This document shows positions 9,835-19,175 of a DNA stretch of 64,000 nt, in pieces. The stretch is from assembly GCA_900696625.1 (NCBI GenBank), contig CAADGU010000415.1:3875-67874 (forward strand), read 5' to 3'. Source of the DNA: an uncultured Chloroflexota bacterium (GTDB taxonomy: Bacteria > Chloroflexota > Anaerolineae > Promineifilales > Promineifilaceae). The stretch's first letter is position 1. Each line of letters begins with the position of its first letter. Made by a program: the position numbers and the translations under genes. The notes beneath the pieces were generated by a model, which saw only the letters and a program-made list of their open reading frames with translations, did not search any database and was not told the DNA's origin.

Positions 9835-10764
9835 TTACACGATGAGATGTTCATACAGCATATCCAGGCTGAGGTCGGGGACGACGGTTTCGTTGGTTTG
9901 CAGCGTCAGGCTGGCGGCAGCCGCGCCCAGGCGAATGGCTTCGCGGGGCGGCAGGTCGTTGAGCAGGCCAAAGATGATGGCCGCGGTAACGGCGTCGCCG
10001 GTGCCGGTGCTGTCTACCATTTCCGAGTAGGAAGGGGGCACATAGCCCGTTTCATCAGAGGTGGCATAAACCAGGCCAAAGTCAGAGAGGGTGACGACAC
10101 TGTTTTTCACGCCCATGCGCAGCAGGCGTCGCGCTAAATCCAGGCTGGCGTCGGGATCATACCCTTCATAATCACATTGACATAATTCGGCGGCTTCGGC
10201 TTCATTGGGTACAACCAGGTGGAGATTGGGCAGGTACGGCCGTAACTTATAAGCCAATCGCGCCGAGGACGGGTCCGCACAGAGGGGGACGTTGTATTTT
10301 TCACATAGAGTTACGGCCGTTTTCATGGCATCCGGCGTCAGGCTGCCATCCACCATCACCAGGGCCGCTTCCTTGAACAGGCGGCGGTGGTAATAGAGGT
10401 AGACGGCCGTGATATGCTGCATCACTCGCACATCATCCAGCGCCACCGCCAGCGAACCATCCTCTTCCAGCACCGCCATATACGTGCCGGTACGCTCGCC
10501 GGCGACAACCTGCACATTGGTCACGTCCACGCCCGCCTCGGCCGTTTGCTCCACCAATTGATTACCGATCAGGTCATCCCCGATAGCGGAGAGCAGCACC
10601 ACTTCCGCCCCCAGACGGCCCAGATTTTCGGCCACATTGCGGGCGGTGCCGCCGCGCGTCACCCGGATCACCGCCGGATTAGACGTATAGGGTTCCAGGC
10701 CGGCTTCTGGTTTGCCTTTGGTATCCAACAGGGTGGCCCCCACCACAAGCACATGATCGCCCAT
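9835..10764 (-). CDS. PfkB family carbohydrate kinase (pseudouridine kinase-like)
   Basis: GGTARNVAENL, PNEAEA, DSTGTGD. Confidence 0.88.
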   Translation of the reverse strand: MGDHVLVVGATLLDTKGKPEAGLEPYTSNPAVIRVTRGGTARNVAENLGRLGAEVVLLSAIGDDLIGNQLVEQTAEAGVDVTNVQVVAGERTGTYMAVLEEDGSLAVALDDVRVMQHITAVYLYYHRRLFKEAALVMVDGSLTPDAMKTAVTLCEKYNVPLCADPSSARLAYKLRPYLPNLHLVVPNEAEAAELCQCDYEGYDPDASLDLARRLLRMGVKNSVVTLSDFGLVYATSDETGYVPPSYSEMVDSTGTGDAVTAAIIFGLLNDLPPREAIRLGAAAASLTLQTNETVVPDLSLDMLYEHLIV

Positions 10765-10806
10765 CGTCTCCTCCACAGCTTCTTGAGGGGACTGACCCTT
10801 TACCGA

Positions 10807-11931
10807 TCAGTCCACCATCTGCTTTGCCGGCCGCCACAGGCCAACCACAATGCCAATAATCTTCTCTAAATCTACCACATCTTCCCGACCTTCGGGAGTG
10901 AGGAAAATTTCTCCCGTTTCCGGGTTGCGCTTAAACGACCAGCCTTCGCCGCGCGACTCCCGCAGGTAAATGCGATAACCTTGTGTTACCTGCTCAGAGG
11001 GATGCGGTCGCAAATGTATTGTACTCCCACTACCAGATTGGCACACAATGACAATGGGTTGTTCTTCGGTATGAGCTAAATCACTTTGATCCGGCTGCAT
11101 AAAAACCAGCAGCCAATCTTGTGAATGAATTTGGGGAATAAAACCATCTGTTTGCCGGCGTTCCACCAGATACCAGCGGTAACGGCCGTCTACCTTCACA
11201 TGACCATCAATCGGCAGCGGATCATCAGACAAATTGGTACGCGGCGGCGGCGGCTCATAGCTCTCGTCGGAATCTTGCGGGGCCTCAGCCGCCGTCGTTG
11301 CTTCATCGGCTGGGCCGGGCTGGCTCTCTGCCTCAGGTGCAGGTTCCACCTGGCCCGGTTCCACTTCTGCCGGTGGGCGCTGGCGCATTTTCGCGCTGAA
11401 AAATTCTTGCGCTTCGCGCAGGCATGGCTGTATGCGGGCATAGAAGTTCATCTGCACGCTGGTTGGCTGTGACATGCGCTCCAAATAACGCCGGGCTTTG
11501 CCAAAACTGACCATAGCCGCTTCGTCATGATCCCCCAATCCCTGGGCAAAGCCGCGACCCAGCAAAGAAAGGCTCATGTCCGCCACCTGCCCATGATCCA
11601 TTGACCAATGCCGCCAGGCCATCTCAAACTGTTTTTCGGCCGCGTAACACTCACCCCAATAGAGATAAATGAGGCCAACGTGGAACTCATTCAAACCACT
11701 TTGCCGATAATCGCCCAGCGCGCGATTGATGCGCTGCGATTGTTCAATGTCCCGAATAGCTGCCAGGTTCATGTTTTCATGTAATTTATACCGGTATTGC
11801 AGCGAATTCAGGGTAAAAATATCCGGCGTGGGGTCTGGGTGCAGGATTTCCAGCAGCTCTTGCAAACAATGGACAGCCACACGGGTTTGGGGGTTGTTGT
11901 TGTAGGATTTGGATGATCCCGCGCTGCTCAT
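10807..11931 (-). CDS. Hypothetical protein with TPR-like helical N-terminal region
   Basis: 374-aa ORF coupled to upstream SPFH genes; TPR-like segment HVGLIYLYWGECYAAEKQFEMA. Confidence 0.55.
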   Translation of the reverse strand: MSSAGSSKSYNNNPQTRVAVHCLQELLEILHPDPTPDIFTLNSLQYRYKLHENMNLAAIRDIEQSQRINRALGDYRQSGLNEFHVGLIYLYWGECYAAEKQFEMAWRHWSMDHGQVADMSLSLLGRGFAQGLGDHDEAAMVSFGKARRYLERMSQPTSVQMNFYARIQPCLREAQEFFSAKMRQRPPAEVEPGQVEPAPEAESQPGPADEATTAAEAPQDSDESYEPPPPRTNLSDDPLPIDGHVKVDGRYRWYLVERRQTDGFIPQIHSQDWLLVFMQPDQSDLAHTEEQPIVIVCQSGSGSTIHLRPHPSEQVTQGYRIYLRESRGEGWSFKRNPETGEIFLTPEGREDVVDLEKIIGIVVGLWRPAKQMVD

Positions 11932-13262
11932 GGGGGGCTGCCTTCTTCAGGGTTTTCAGGCAATAAGGGGTTAGCGGCCAACGCTCTGGCAGCCAGATCG
12001 CTGCGCAGTTCATCCAACTCGGCCAGCAGGGTGAGGGCATCCGGTTTTTGGCGCGATTGTTCGGCCATGCGCTCCAGCCCTTCGATCAGGCGTAGGGCGA
12101 CGATTTCACTGGTGCGGGTAGTGGCGCCGCTGCGCCGGGCGCGCTGGATGCCTTCCAAAATGGCCTGAATCATGGCCACTTCGGCTTCGGCGCGGGCGAT
12201 TTCAATCTCTTCTACGGCCGTTGCCTCGCCATCCGCCTTACTCAACCGCACTCTTTCTTGCCAGTGGGTGCGCCAAAAAGCAATGTACTGCGCTTCCACA
12301 TCCGGCGGCGGCTGTATCCGGTCAATATGCACCGAAAGCAGATCAATGCCCGCGTTAGCCAGTTCCGCGCGGGCCGCGCGCCACACCCCGCGCTGCAAAG
12401 TGCGGTACGGCTCATCGGTGCGGCCCGGCGGGTGCATCAGTTCATCCAGCCGGAGCCGCTCCACCGCCGCCGCCAGTCTGGCACGGGTGGTACCGGCCGG
12501 TCGGCTGTCCCAGGTGGCAGCAGCTCCGGTCGCCAGCACCGTTTGGGCATACGCCGCCGCTCTCACGGCCGCTTCGTCATAGGGATACGGTTTCGTTTTG
12601 CTGGGCTGTTCATCCCCCGTGCGAATGCGGTAGACGATGCTGAAGGTGACGGTCAGGTCAATGTTGTCCCTGGTACGCACCACCGCATCGGCAACTACCC
12701 GTTCCTGAGGGCGCAAATCGAGTACGGTGTGGACGTATTCAAAGGGGCGAAGCTGGTAACTGCCGGCAGAGATTATGCGGGCAAAACGGCCGTTATCCTC
12801 CGTCACCGCCGCCATATAAGGTTCCACCTTCACTTTACCCGGCCCACCCACCCGCAGCAGCACCGAGTTCGGCCGTTCAATTTCCAGGGTGTGGGGCAGA
12901 AGCGGCGCTGCTTTTTCGCCGGAGTATTCAGGTGAACGTAGACGGCTGAGAAAAAGGGCGGCCTCATCCCTGGTAGGCAAATCATACAAACGCTGGATCA
13001 TGCCCACCGTGGCGCTGTAGGCAAACCACCAGCCGACTGCGATGGGCAAGAAGTGGCGCAAAATAACCACAAACAGGGTAATAAATTCCCAGATAAGGGC
13101 GGTGGGTGGCAGCAGCAAGACCTCCGCCAGCCACGCCCGTAAATTGATGCCTTCCAAAAGCCACACGATGACAAAATAGGCAGCGAGCAAGCCATAGAGG
13201 CCCAGCGTAAACCAGCGCTGGCCGTGGGAAACGCGGGGCGGGGGCGCGGGACGGTTGGTCAC
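11928..13262 (-). CDS. SPFH/band-7 domain membrane protein
   Basis: TM helices, VLDLRPQ..RTRDNI, C-terminal ARAEAE coiled coil. Confidence 0.75.
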   Translation of the reverse strand: MTNRPAPPPRVSHGQRWFTLGLYGLLAAYFVIVWLLEGINLRAWLAEVLLLPPTALIWEFITLFVVILRHFLPIAVGWWFAYSATVGMIQRLYDLPTRDEAALFLSRLRSPEYSGEKAAPLLPHTLEIERPNSVLLRVGGPGKVKVEPYMAAVTEDNGRFARIISAGSYQLRPFEYVHTVLDLRPQERVVADAVVRTRDNIDLTVTFSIVYRIRTGDEQPSKTKPYPYDEAAVRAAAYAQTVLATGAAATWDSRPAGTTRARLAAAVERLRLDELMHPPGRTDEPYRTLQRGVWRAARAELANAGIDLLSVHIDRIQPPPDVEAQYIAFWRTHWQERVRLSKADGEATAVEEIEIARAEAEVAMIQAILEGIQRARRSGATTRTSEIVALRLIEGLERMAEQSRQKPDALTLLAELDELRSDLAARALAANPLLPENPEEGSPP

Positions 13263-14545
13263 GGCCGTGGGCCTCCCCCACCCTGCCCCGATGGCAGCAG
13301 CGGATCATCCAGCCGCGCCTGCATCTGCGCCGACGCATCGGCCAGCAGCCCGGCCATAATCCGGTGCGGCACCAGGGCGCGCGGCGAATCGGCAGCAACG
13401 GCCTCTTCCAGGGCATCAATCAGCCGCAGGATGATTACCTGGTTCAGTTCAGATTCCCCTTCCTGGCGCATCGCTTCCAAATTTTGGATGATGGTTTCAA
13501 TGATCTCAATTTGGGCGCGGGCGCGCGCCTGTTTCTTGCGGCGGATCACTTCGGCGTCAACGGTCGCTTTTTCGATCTCGATTCTGCGCTGCCACTCGGC
13601 CTGCCAGGTGGCGATGTTTTGCTTTCGGATTTCTTCAGGTAATTCGAGGGGGCCGACTCGGGCCGCCATGATCTGGATGCCTGACAGCGCCGGATCGCCC
13701 TGGATGGTTTGCAGGATGTGCTGTTCAATCTCTTGCAGGGGGGATACGGCCGTAGATGGATAATGAATGAGTGCATCCAGATTATACTGCGCCAGTTCCC
13801 GCACCAACTCGGCCGCCGCCCGTGGCGTCAGTTGCTCCGTCCACCCATATGATGTCCCTTCCATATTCACCGATTGCAGGTAACTGATCAGGAAAATGGC
13901 CTCTTTGTCAAATGGAAATAACAAATGGGCCTGCGACCGATCCGCTGCGTCTTGTTTCACCTGAAAAATCACCGTCACCGAAGTTTCCAGCGGAATACCA
14001 TCGCGGGTGCTGGCATGAACAGGCTGCTGGCGCAGTTGCACCCGCAAATCTATCACCTGGCGAATCTCTTCCTTGGCAAACAGGTCCACAAAACCTGGCC
14101 CGGCAGCGCGGATAAAACTATTGCCTTTGGTAATGGCCAACACCTGGTAGCTGCGTACAATCCCGGCGCGCATGGTAAACAGACTGATGGGAATATCGGC
14201 CCGCGGCACAACGGCGGCCGATGGCTGCCGTTTTTTATCATCAGGGCGCGGTTGGCGCACAAACTGAGTGGTCAGACCGGTGTAATGGCGCATGATCAGC
14301 CGCACCCCCTCCCACCAGCCCAGCCGGCTGCGCAAAGGGGCGGCAAACTGGGCAAAAAAAAGCACACCGAGGGTAAAGGTGACGCCGGTCACATACAACC
14401 AGATAAGCGACAAAGTAGCGCCAAAGGGATGGCCGCGCCTGTCAGCTAAAAAATAGGCCATCACCGCCAACCCAAAAGCCGCCAGGATAAAACCCAGCAA
14501 GCCCAATTCCGGTCGTTGACGCTTATTTTTCTTCTTCTTGCTCAA
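13259..14545 (-). CDS. SPFH/band-7 domain membrane protein (paralog)
   Basis: TM helices, VIDLRVQ..STRDGIP, ARARAQ coiled coil. Confidence 0.75.
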   Translation of the reverse strand: MSKKKKNKRQRPELGLLGFILAAFGLAVMAYFLADRRGHPFGATLSLIWLYVTGVTFTLGVLFFAQFAAPLRSRLGWWEGVRLIMRHYTGLTTQFVRQPRPDDKKRQPSAAVVPRADIPISLFTMRAGIVRSYQVLAITKGNSFIRAAGPGFVDLFAKEEIRQVIDLRVQLRQQPVHASTRDGIPLETSVTVIFQVKQDAADRSQAHLLFPFDKEAIFLISYLQSVNMEGTSYGWTEQLTPRAAAELVRELAQYNLDALIHYPSTAVSPLQEIEQHILQTIQGDPALSGIQIMAARVGPLELPEEIRKQNIATWQAEWQRRIEIEKATVDAEVIRRKKQARARAQIEIIETIIQNLEAMRQEGESELNQVIILRLIDALEEAVAADSPRALVPHRIMAGLLADASAQMQARLDDPLLPSGQGGGGPRP

Positions 14546-14646
14546 GGGTCACCCTATTTCCCCGGAAGTATTCAGTTTCCGGGGAAATCATAATGCAACT
14601 ATACCATAGCCCCGTTTTGGGCGGCAACCAACATTATGTCATTTTT

Positions 14647-14674
14647 TTGACGGCGATTGAAAGGGGGATATAAT
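14647..14674 (+). promoter_or_regulatory. Sigma70-type promoter of tRNA-Val
   Basis: TTGACG-16 bp-TATAAT ending 18 nt before the tRNA. Confidence 0.65.
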
Positions 14675-14692
14675 GTTGCCCGCTTCAAAAAA

Positions 14693-14766
<74 letters not shown>

Positions 14767-14823
14767 CCTGGCAGCAAAAACTGCCTCGTTCCTGCTAACT
14801 GTATTCAGTTGGTAAGGTGCGGA

Positions 14824-14874
14824 CAAAAAACGCGCTGCCCTTGTCTCGTAAACTCGGCAGCGCGTTTTGTTTTT
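14824..14874. terminator. Bidirectional intrinsic terminator
   Basis: AAAAAACGCGCTGCC...GGCAGCGCGTTTTGTTTTT between tRNA and convergent HTH gene. Confidence 0.65.
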
Positions 14875-15082
14875 ATTCAGATTTTTTAGTGCTGGCCAGC
14901 CGCTGCTGTTCAAAGGCTTCAATGTCCGACAAGGGGATGATGTAGGGGCTGGTTTTTGCTAACGGCCGTGACTTGTAAGCATTTGGGAATTCTCCGGCGC
15001 GGATCATGCGCCGGATTGTCATAGCAGATACACCCAATCGCTTTGCTGCATCAACCGCAGATATTGAATCTTGGTTCATCAT
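14873..15082 (-). CDS. Excisionase-like HTH (MerR/AlpA-type) DNA-binding protein
   Basis: SAVDAAKRLGVSAMTIRRMIRAGEFP; adjacent to att. Confidence 0.75.
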   Translation of the reverse strand: MMNQDSISAVDAAKRLGVSAMTIRRMIRAGEFPNAYKSRPLAKTSPYIIPLSDIEAFEQQRLASTKKSE

Positions 15083-15197
15083 GACCGTTGCGTCTCCGTT
15101 CCTGTTGTGCTAGATGTTCAAACTATAGATGCATATTTTCATTTCGTCAATAGCAAAGATTTATTTAATTGCCAATATAAGGAGGAACAAAAATCAA

Positions 15198-16028
15198 ATG
15201 CGCAAACAACTTCTAGTTATTCTTCTTATTGCCCTTGTGGCAACTATTTTTGCCTGCTCGCCGGAACCTGAGACCGTGGAAGTGGAGGTGGAGGCCACAC
15301 GTGAGGTCACACGCGAGGTGGTGGTTACCGTAGAAGTCACGCGCCTGGTTGAAGTAACACCAGTAGCACCAACATCACTACCTGCGGCCTCTTTTGGCTC
15401 GGTAGAATGTGACGACTATACCGCCGCAGTGCGAGACTTGTCTCAACAGTGGTCAGACGCCTTCGACCTCGCATCGAGTACAGCACGTGTCTCTCTTGGG
15501 GACAGGGTGGCCGAGATGCAAGAGATCCGGCGCGAGATGTCAAGGCTAACCGAACCGGGGTGCGCCAGTCAGATAGAAGTCCAAGATCGGCTGGTTGAGA
15601 TGATGGATGCCGGAATCGAATTCTTCACTGAGTTCATGGCTCAAAACGACATTTCTGCGGAAAGTGCCCAATATGCCATAGCTGTTCACCTAACCCTTGA
15701 TGCTTTAGAGGCTCTCTATAATCATTCCACTAAACTGCCCAATCGAATCCATTACTACGCCCTGGGAACCACTGGGTTTTCCCTACGGTACGCAGATGAA
15801 AATGGGGAACTGATCACGCCGGAGGCAGGTCCCACAGAGCGATTCGGCTTTGATGATATGCCGGTCGTGTTTACCGCTCTTTTGCCCGAAGGGGAGACGG
15901 CTAAAGTAACCTTGTTTAACCCAACCAGCACAAGCGGGGATTTGACCTGTTTTATCCTGCTCAATGGAGAGGCCGTCGCAACCGAGACTCAAACAGCACA
16001 GACAACATGTGAGTTTGAAATCCCCTAG
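15198..16028 (+). CDS. Putative lipoprotein (moron / superinfection-exclusion candidate)
   Basis: TAAGGAGG SD; signal peptide with lipobox IFAC; VEVTREV repeats. Confidence 0.65.
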   Translation: MRKQLLVILLIALVATIFACSPEPETVEVEVEATREVTREVVVTVEVTRLVEVTPVAPTSLPAASFGSVECDDYTAAVRDLSQQWSDAFDLASSTARVSLGDRVAEMQEIRREMSRLTEPGCASQIEVQDRLVEMMDAGIEFFTEFMAQNDISAESAQYAIAVHLTLDALEALYNHSTKLPNRIHYYALGTTGFSLRYADENGELITPEAGPTERFGFDDMPVVFTALLPEGETAKVTLFNPTSTSGDLTCFILLNGEAVATETQTAQTTCEFEIP

Positions 16029-16035
16029 ACAAACT

Positions 16036-16128
16036 ATGAAAAAAGTCATCTGGCCCATCGTCTGGCTGCTCACCGGCTTTGTGGCCGGGCTGCTGGTGGT
16101 GGCCCTGGTTTACTGGATTTTTTGGTAG
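16036..16128 (+). CDS. 30-aa hydrophobic membrane peptide (not in ORF track)
   Basis: MKKVIWPIVWLLTGFVAGLLVVALVYWIFW*, 7 nt after previous stop. Confidence 0.5.
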   Translation: MKKVIWPIVWLLTGFVAGLLVVALVYWIFW

Positions 16129-16163
16129 TGGGGGTGGGTGGACGGCCGTGTTTGGAGGTGGCT

Positions 16164-16457
16164 ATGGCTCAACTGAATGAGAGGCAAAAGGATTTCTTGC
16201 GCTGGTGGGTGGGGGAAGAGACGGCCGGAAATGTGCCACGTGGCTTTGTTTCTGGCGCACGCACTTTGAAGGATGGTCTTCGCCTAGCTGTGCCTGGCCG
16301 GAAAGGGAGAGCGATAATGCCGGAGATTGGCGCGGCCGAGGTGGACGATCTGGTAGCCCGAAAGCTGCTGGCAATTCCTCTGGGACAAACGGATGTCTGG
16401 CAATTGACGCCTGCCGGTCGGCGGGCGGTAGCTGATGACTTCAAGCAGACGGACTAA
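16164..16457 (+). CDS. Hypothetical protein (winged-helix-like C-terminus)
   Basis: GGAGG SD; LVARKLL...WQLTPAGR. Confidence 0.55.
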   Translation: MAQLNERQKDFLRWWVGEETAGNVPRGFVSGARTLKDGLRLAVPGRKGRAIMPEIGAAEVDDLVARKLLAIPLGQTDVWQLTPAGRRAVADDFKQTD

Positions 16458-16761
16458 CGGCCGTCTGCGTTTCCGGCGCCGTCTCGGCGAACAACATCCA
16501 GCCCACGACCATCTCCCGTTGCAGGCGCACTTGCTGCACTCGCGTATCGGCTTTTTCCTCATAACGTCGGAGCAGGGCGCTGATGAGGAAGTTTAATGCC
16601 AACTGCAAGGGCGGCGGCGTTTCTGGCCCGGCTTGCGATTTCATAGCCACCTCGCCTGCGGCAAGTAGGGCATAGGCAGCTTCTTGCAGGGTGACGAAGT
16701 CGCCCGCGGCGATTTCGTCCAGATAAGTAGTGGAGATAGTTTTCGCGCTCATGCTCAGCAT
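16441..16761 (-). CDS. Hypothetical protein
   Basis: Plausible 106-aa ORF convergent with 16164-16457. Confidence 0.45.
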   Translation of the reverse strand: MLSMSAKTISTTYLDEIAAGDFVTLQEAAYALLAAGEVAMKSQAGPETPPPLQLALNFLISALLRRYEEKADTRVQQVRLQREMVVGWMLFAETAPETQTAVSPSA

Positions 16762-16879
16762 GGTAACACGGCCGTATGCCCGTGTTCAATAGGCCAAAGA
16801 TACGGCCGTGTGTGGGCGTTGGCGCCGCGGCGATTGGTGACAAACCGGCGCGCCAGGCGCACGGCCGTGTCACCACCGT

Positions 16880-17132
16880 CATTGATTCAATGATTCATTG
16901 ATGATGAATGATGACAATGAACATTGATCATTGATCATTGATCATCATCATCAATGCCCCGGATCAAATGATCCGCCACCTCTACCTCTGGTAAATGGCA
17001 TTTAGAGGCGGATCAAATGATCCGCCTCTACCCCCGGATCAAATGATCCGCCACCAGTGCCGGATCAAATGATCCGCCACCAGTGCCGGATCAAATGATC
17101 CGCCACCAGTGCCGGATCAAATGATCCGCCAC
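16880..17132. repeat. Palindromic iteron-like array with AT/GATC-rich flank (candidate replication origin)
   Basis: Six copies of CGGATCA-AA-TGATCCG (near 16959, 17008, 17034, 17060, 17086, 17112), the last four at 26-bp period; flanked by (ATTGATC)3 and ATG/TCA-rich DNA. Confidence 0.85.
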
Positions 17133-17320
17133 TGTCGCACAGTATTGTGCGCCACACAGTATAGGAAAAACGGTCGTTTGGCGGGGCAACGGCCGATGGG
17201 TGGGAAGCTGCTGGCGTGAGCAAAAAACCCCTCGGCCGTCTCATTCAACGGCCGTAAACGGCCGTGTAAGCTGTGGGCAACGGGTTATGAGAATCACACT
17301 TTGCAAAGTTGGGAGATGTT

Positions 17321-18343
17321 ATGAACGAATCAGAAAGTGAATCAGTGGCGCGGCCGACGGCCGTGTTGCCGACGGTCGTTGCCCAACCGGTGGATCAACG
17401 GCCGTCGGCCGTGTACCTGGCCGGGCTGTCGGCCGGCAGCCGGCGGACAATGGCGCAGTCGTTGGGCGCCATCGCCGCCATTATCAGCCCTTCGGCCCCT
17501 TCGGCCCCTTCGGCCCCTTCGGCAGGCTCAGGGGCCGGCACAGGGGACGGCTCAGGGGCCGGGGCCAGCCATCTGGAGATTCCCTGGCACCTGCTGCGCT
17601 TTCAGCACACGGCCGCGCTGCGCAGCCACCTGGCCGAGCATTATGCCCACAGCACGGCCAACAAGATGCTGAGCGCCTTGCGCGGTGTGTTGAAGGCGGC
17701 CTGGCGGTTGGGCTTAATGTCGGCCGAGGATTACCACGCGGCCGCGTCGGTGGCCAACGTGAAGGGGGAGCGGGTACCGGCCGGGCGGGCGCTGGCGGTG
17801 AGCGAGGTGCAGCTGCTGTTGGCGGCTTGCGCTTCGGCAAGCTCAGCGCAAGCTGCCCAGGGGCGGCGGGATGCGGCCGTTATTGCTACCCTGTATGCCT
17901 GTGGCCTGCGGCGGGGGGAGCTGGTGGGGCTGGACCTGGCCGATTACGATGGCCAGGCGCTGCGAGTGCGCCGGGGCAAGGGCAATAAGGAGCGGTTGGT
18001 GCCGGTGGCGGCCGCGGCGGCCGCGTACCTGGCGGCCTGGCTGGATGTGCGCGGCCACCGGCCGGGGCCGCTCTTCCATGCCCTGGACGGCCGTCACAAT
18101 GGCGGCCGCCTCAGCACGCAGACGATCTATGACATTTTGCAGGTGCGGGCACAGGCGGCCGGGATACGGCCGTTGTCGCCTCACGACTTCCGGCGCACCT
18201 TCGTCTCGCTGCTGCTGGACGCCGGCGAGGACATTGTGACGGTGCAGCGGCTGGCCGGGCACGCCAGCGTGGAGACGACGGCCCGTTACGACCGGCGGGG
18301 GGAGGATGTGAAGCGGCGGGCGGTGGAGAGGCTGCAATGGTAA
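17321..18343 (+). CDS. Tyrosine recombinase (XerC/D-like), second recombinase of the prophage
   Basis: CGLRRGEL, GKGNKER, PHDFRR, LAGHAS, TTARY: complete catalytic set. Confidence 0.93.
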   Translation: MNESESESVARPTAVLPTVVAQPVDQRPSAVYLAGLSAGSRRTMAQSLGAIAAIISPSAPSAPSAPSAGSGAGTGDGSGAGASHLEIPWHLLRFQHTAALRSHLAEHYAHSTANKMLSALRGVLKAAWRLGLMSAEDYHAAASVANVKGERVPAGRALAVSEVQLLLAACASASSAQAAQGRRDAAVIATLYACGLRRGELVGLDLADYDGQALRVRRGKGNKERLVPVAAAAAAYLAAWLDVRGHRPGPLFHALDGRHNGGRLSTQTIYDILQVRAQAAGIRPLSPHDFRRTFVSLLLDAGEDIVTVQRLAGHASVETTARYDRRGEDVKRRAVERLQW

Positions 18344-18404
18344 TTAGGAATGGAGATTGGTGTCACCGGCGCTGGCGCTGCGGCGCCAGGCTGTCACCAA
18401 CAGG

Positions 18405-18474
18405 ATGCCGGCAACAGCATGCCGGCAACAGCATGCCGGCAACAGCATGCCGGCAACAGCATGCCGGCAACAGC
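18405..18474. repeat. 14-bp tandem repeat x5
   Basis: (ATGCCGGCAACAGC)5 exact. Confidence 0.9.
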
Positions 18475-18661
18475 ATATCAGCGATGCTATACGGCCGTTG
18501 CCCTGGTAGGCTGTTGTGGGGCTTGCTGTGAAAGGGGAAGGAGCTAATGACTATGTGAAACGCTATGGGAGATCATACACACGGCCGGGGGCGGCGCCAC
18601 TTTGCCACAACAAGATAGACGCATCATCTCCAGGAAGATTATACGCACGATCTGACGGCCG

Positions 18662-18868
18662 TTAACGGCCGTTGCGACAGTAGGGGCGGGTGCGGCCGGG
18701 GCACCGCTGGCCGGGTTCGATGTGGCGCCAGAAGTGGCTGACACGGCCGTCCATGCGCCGGCGCTGGCGCAGGGCAACGGCCGCGCCACAATGGGGGCAG
18801 CGGGCGCGGCCGGGCGCGGCCGCTGCGGCGGTGATGGCTGAGCCATCGGGGAGATGGGCCTGTTTCAC
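18662..18868 (-). CDS. Small zinc-finger protein
   Basis: CPHCG...LR...HFWRH...C pattern. Confidence 0.55.
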   Translation of the reverse strand: MKQAHLPDGSAITAAAAAPGRARCPHCGAAVALRQRRRMDGRVSHFWRHIEPGQRCPGRTRPYCRNGR

Positions 18869-18965
18869 AATCAGGAATTATGAATTAGGAATTAGGAATG
18901 GGCTAGAGGGGGCGGCCGCTGTGTGGCGGCCTGGTCTCGATTGTACGGCCGTGCGGCCGGGTCGC

Positions 18966-19175
18966 CTAGTGAGGAATGTCATCCGAGGCCGCTGCCCAAT
19001 ACCCGGTTGGGCCTTCAATGGCCTGGCCGCGCATGGCCAGCAGCACCAGGCGGCTGGTGGCTTGCAGGATGGTGACGCCGGCGGCGTGGGCGATGGTGGC
19101 CACCGGCGTGGGGGTGGCGGTGAGCAGGCGGCCGATGAGCGCCTGTTGTTGCTCGTAGGGGGTGGGGTTGGTCAT
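18966..19175 (-). CDS. Hypothetical small winged-HTH-like protein
   Basis: Coupled to repressor stop; VATIAHAAGVTILQATSRL. Confidence 0.5.
   Translation of the reverse strand: MTNPTPYEQQQALIGRLLTATPTPVATIAHAAGVTILQATSRLVLLAMRGQAIEGPTGYWAAASDDIPH

Noticed and set aside
16959..17132. Possible CRISPR array
   Set aside because: Units are 26-bp tandem copies with identical linkers; no unique spacers and no cas genes
18337..18547. Short ORFs with repeated QQHAGNSMPATAC peptides
   Set aside because: Translation products of the 14-bp tandem repeat; no independent coding evidence
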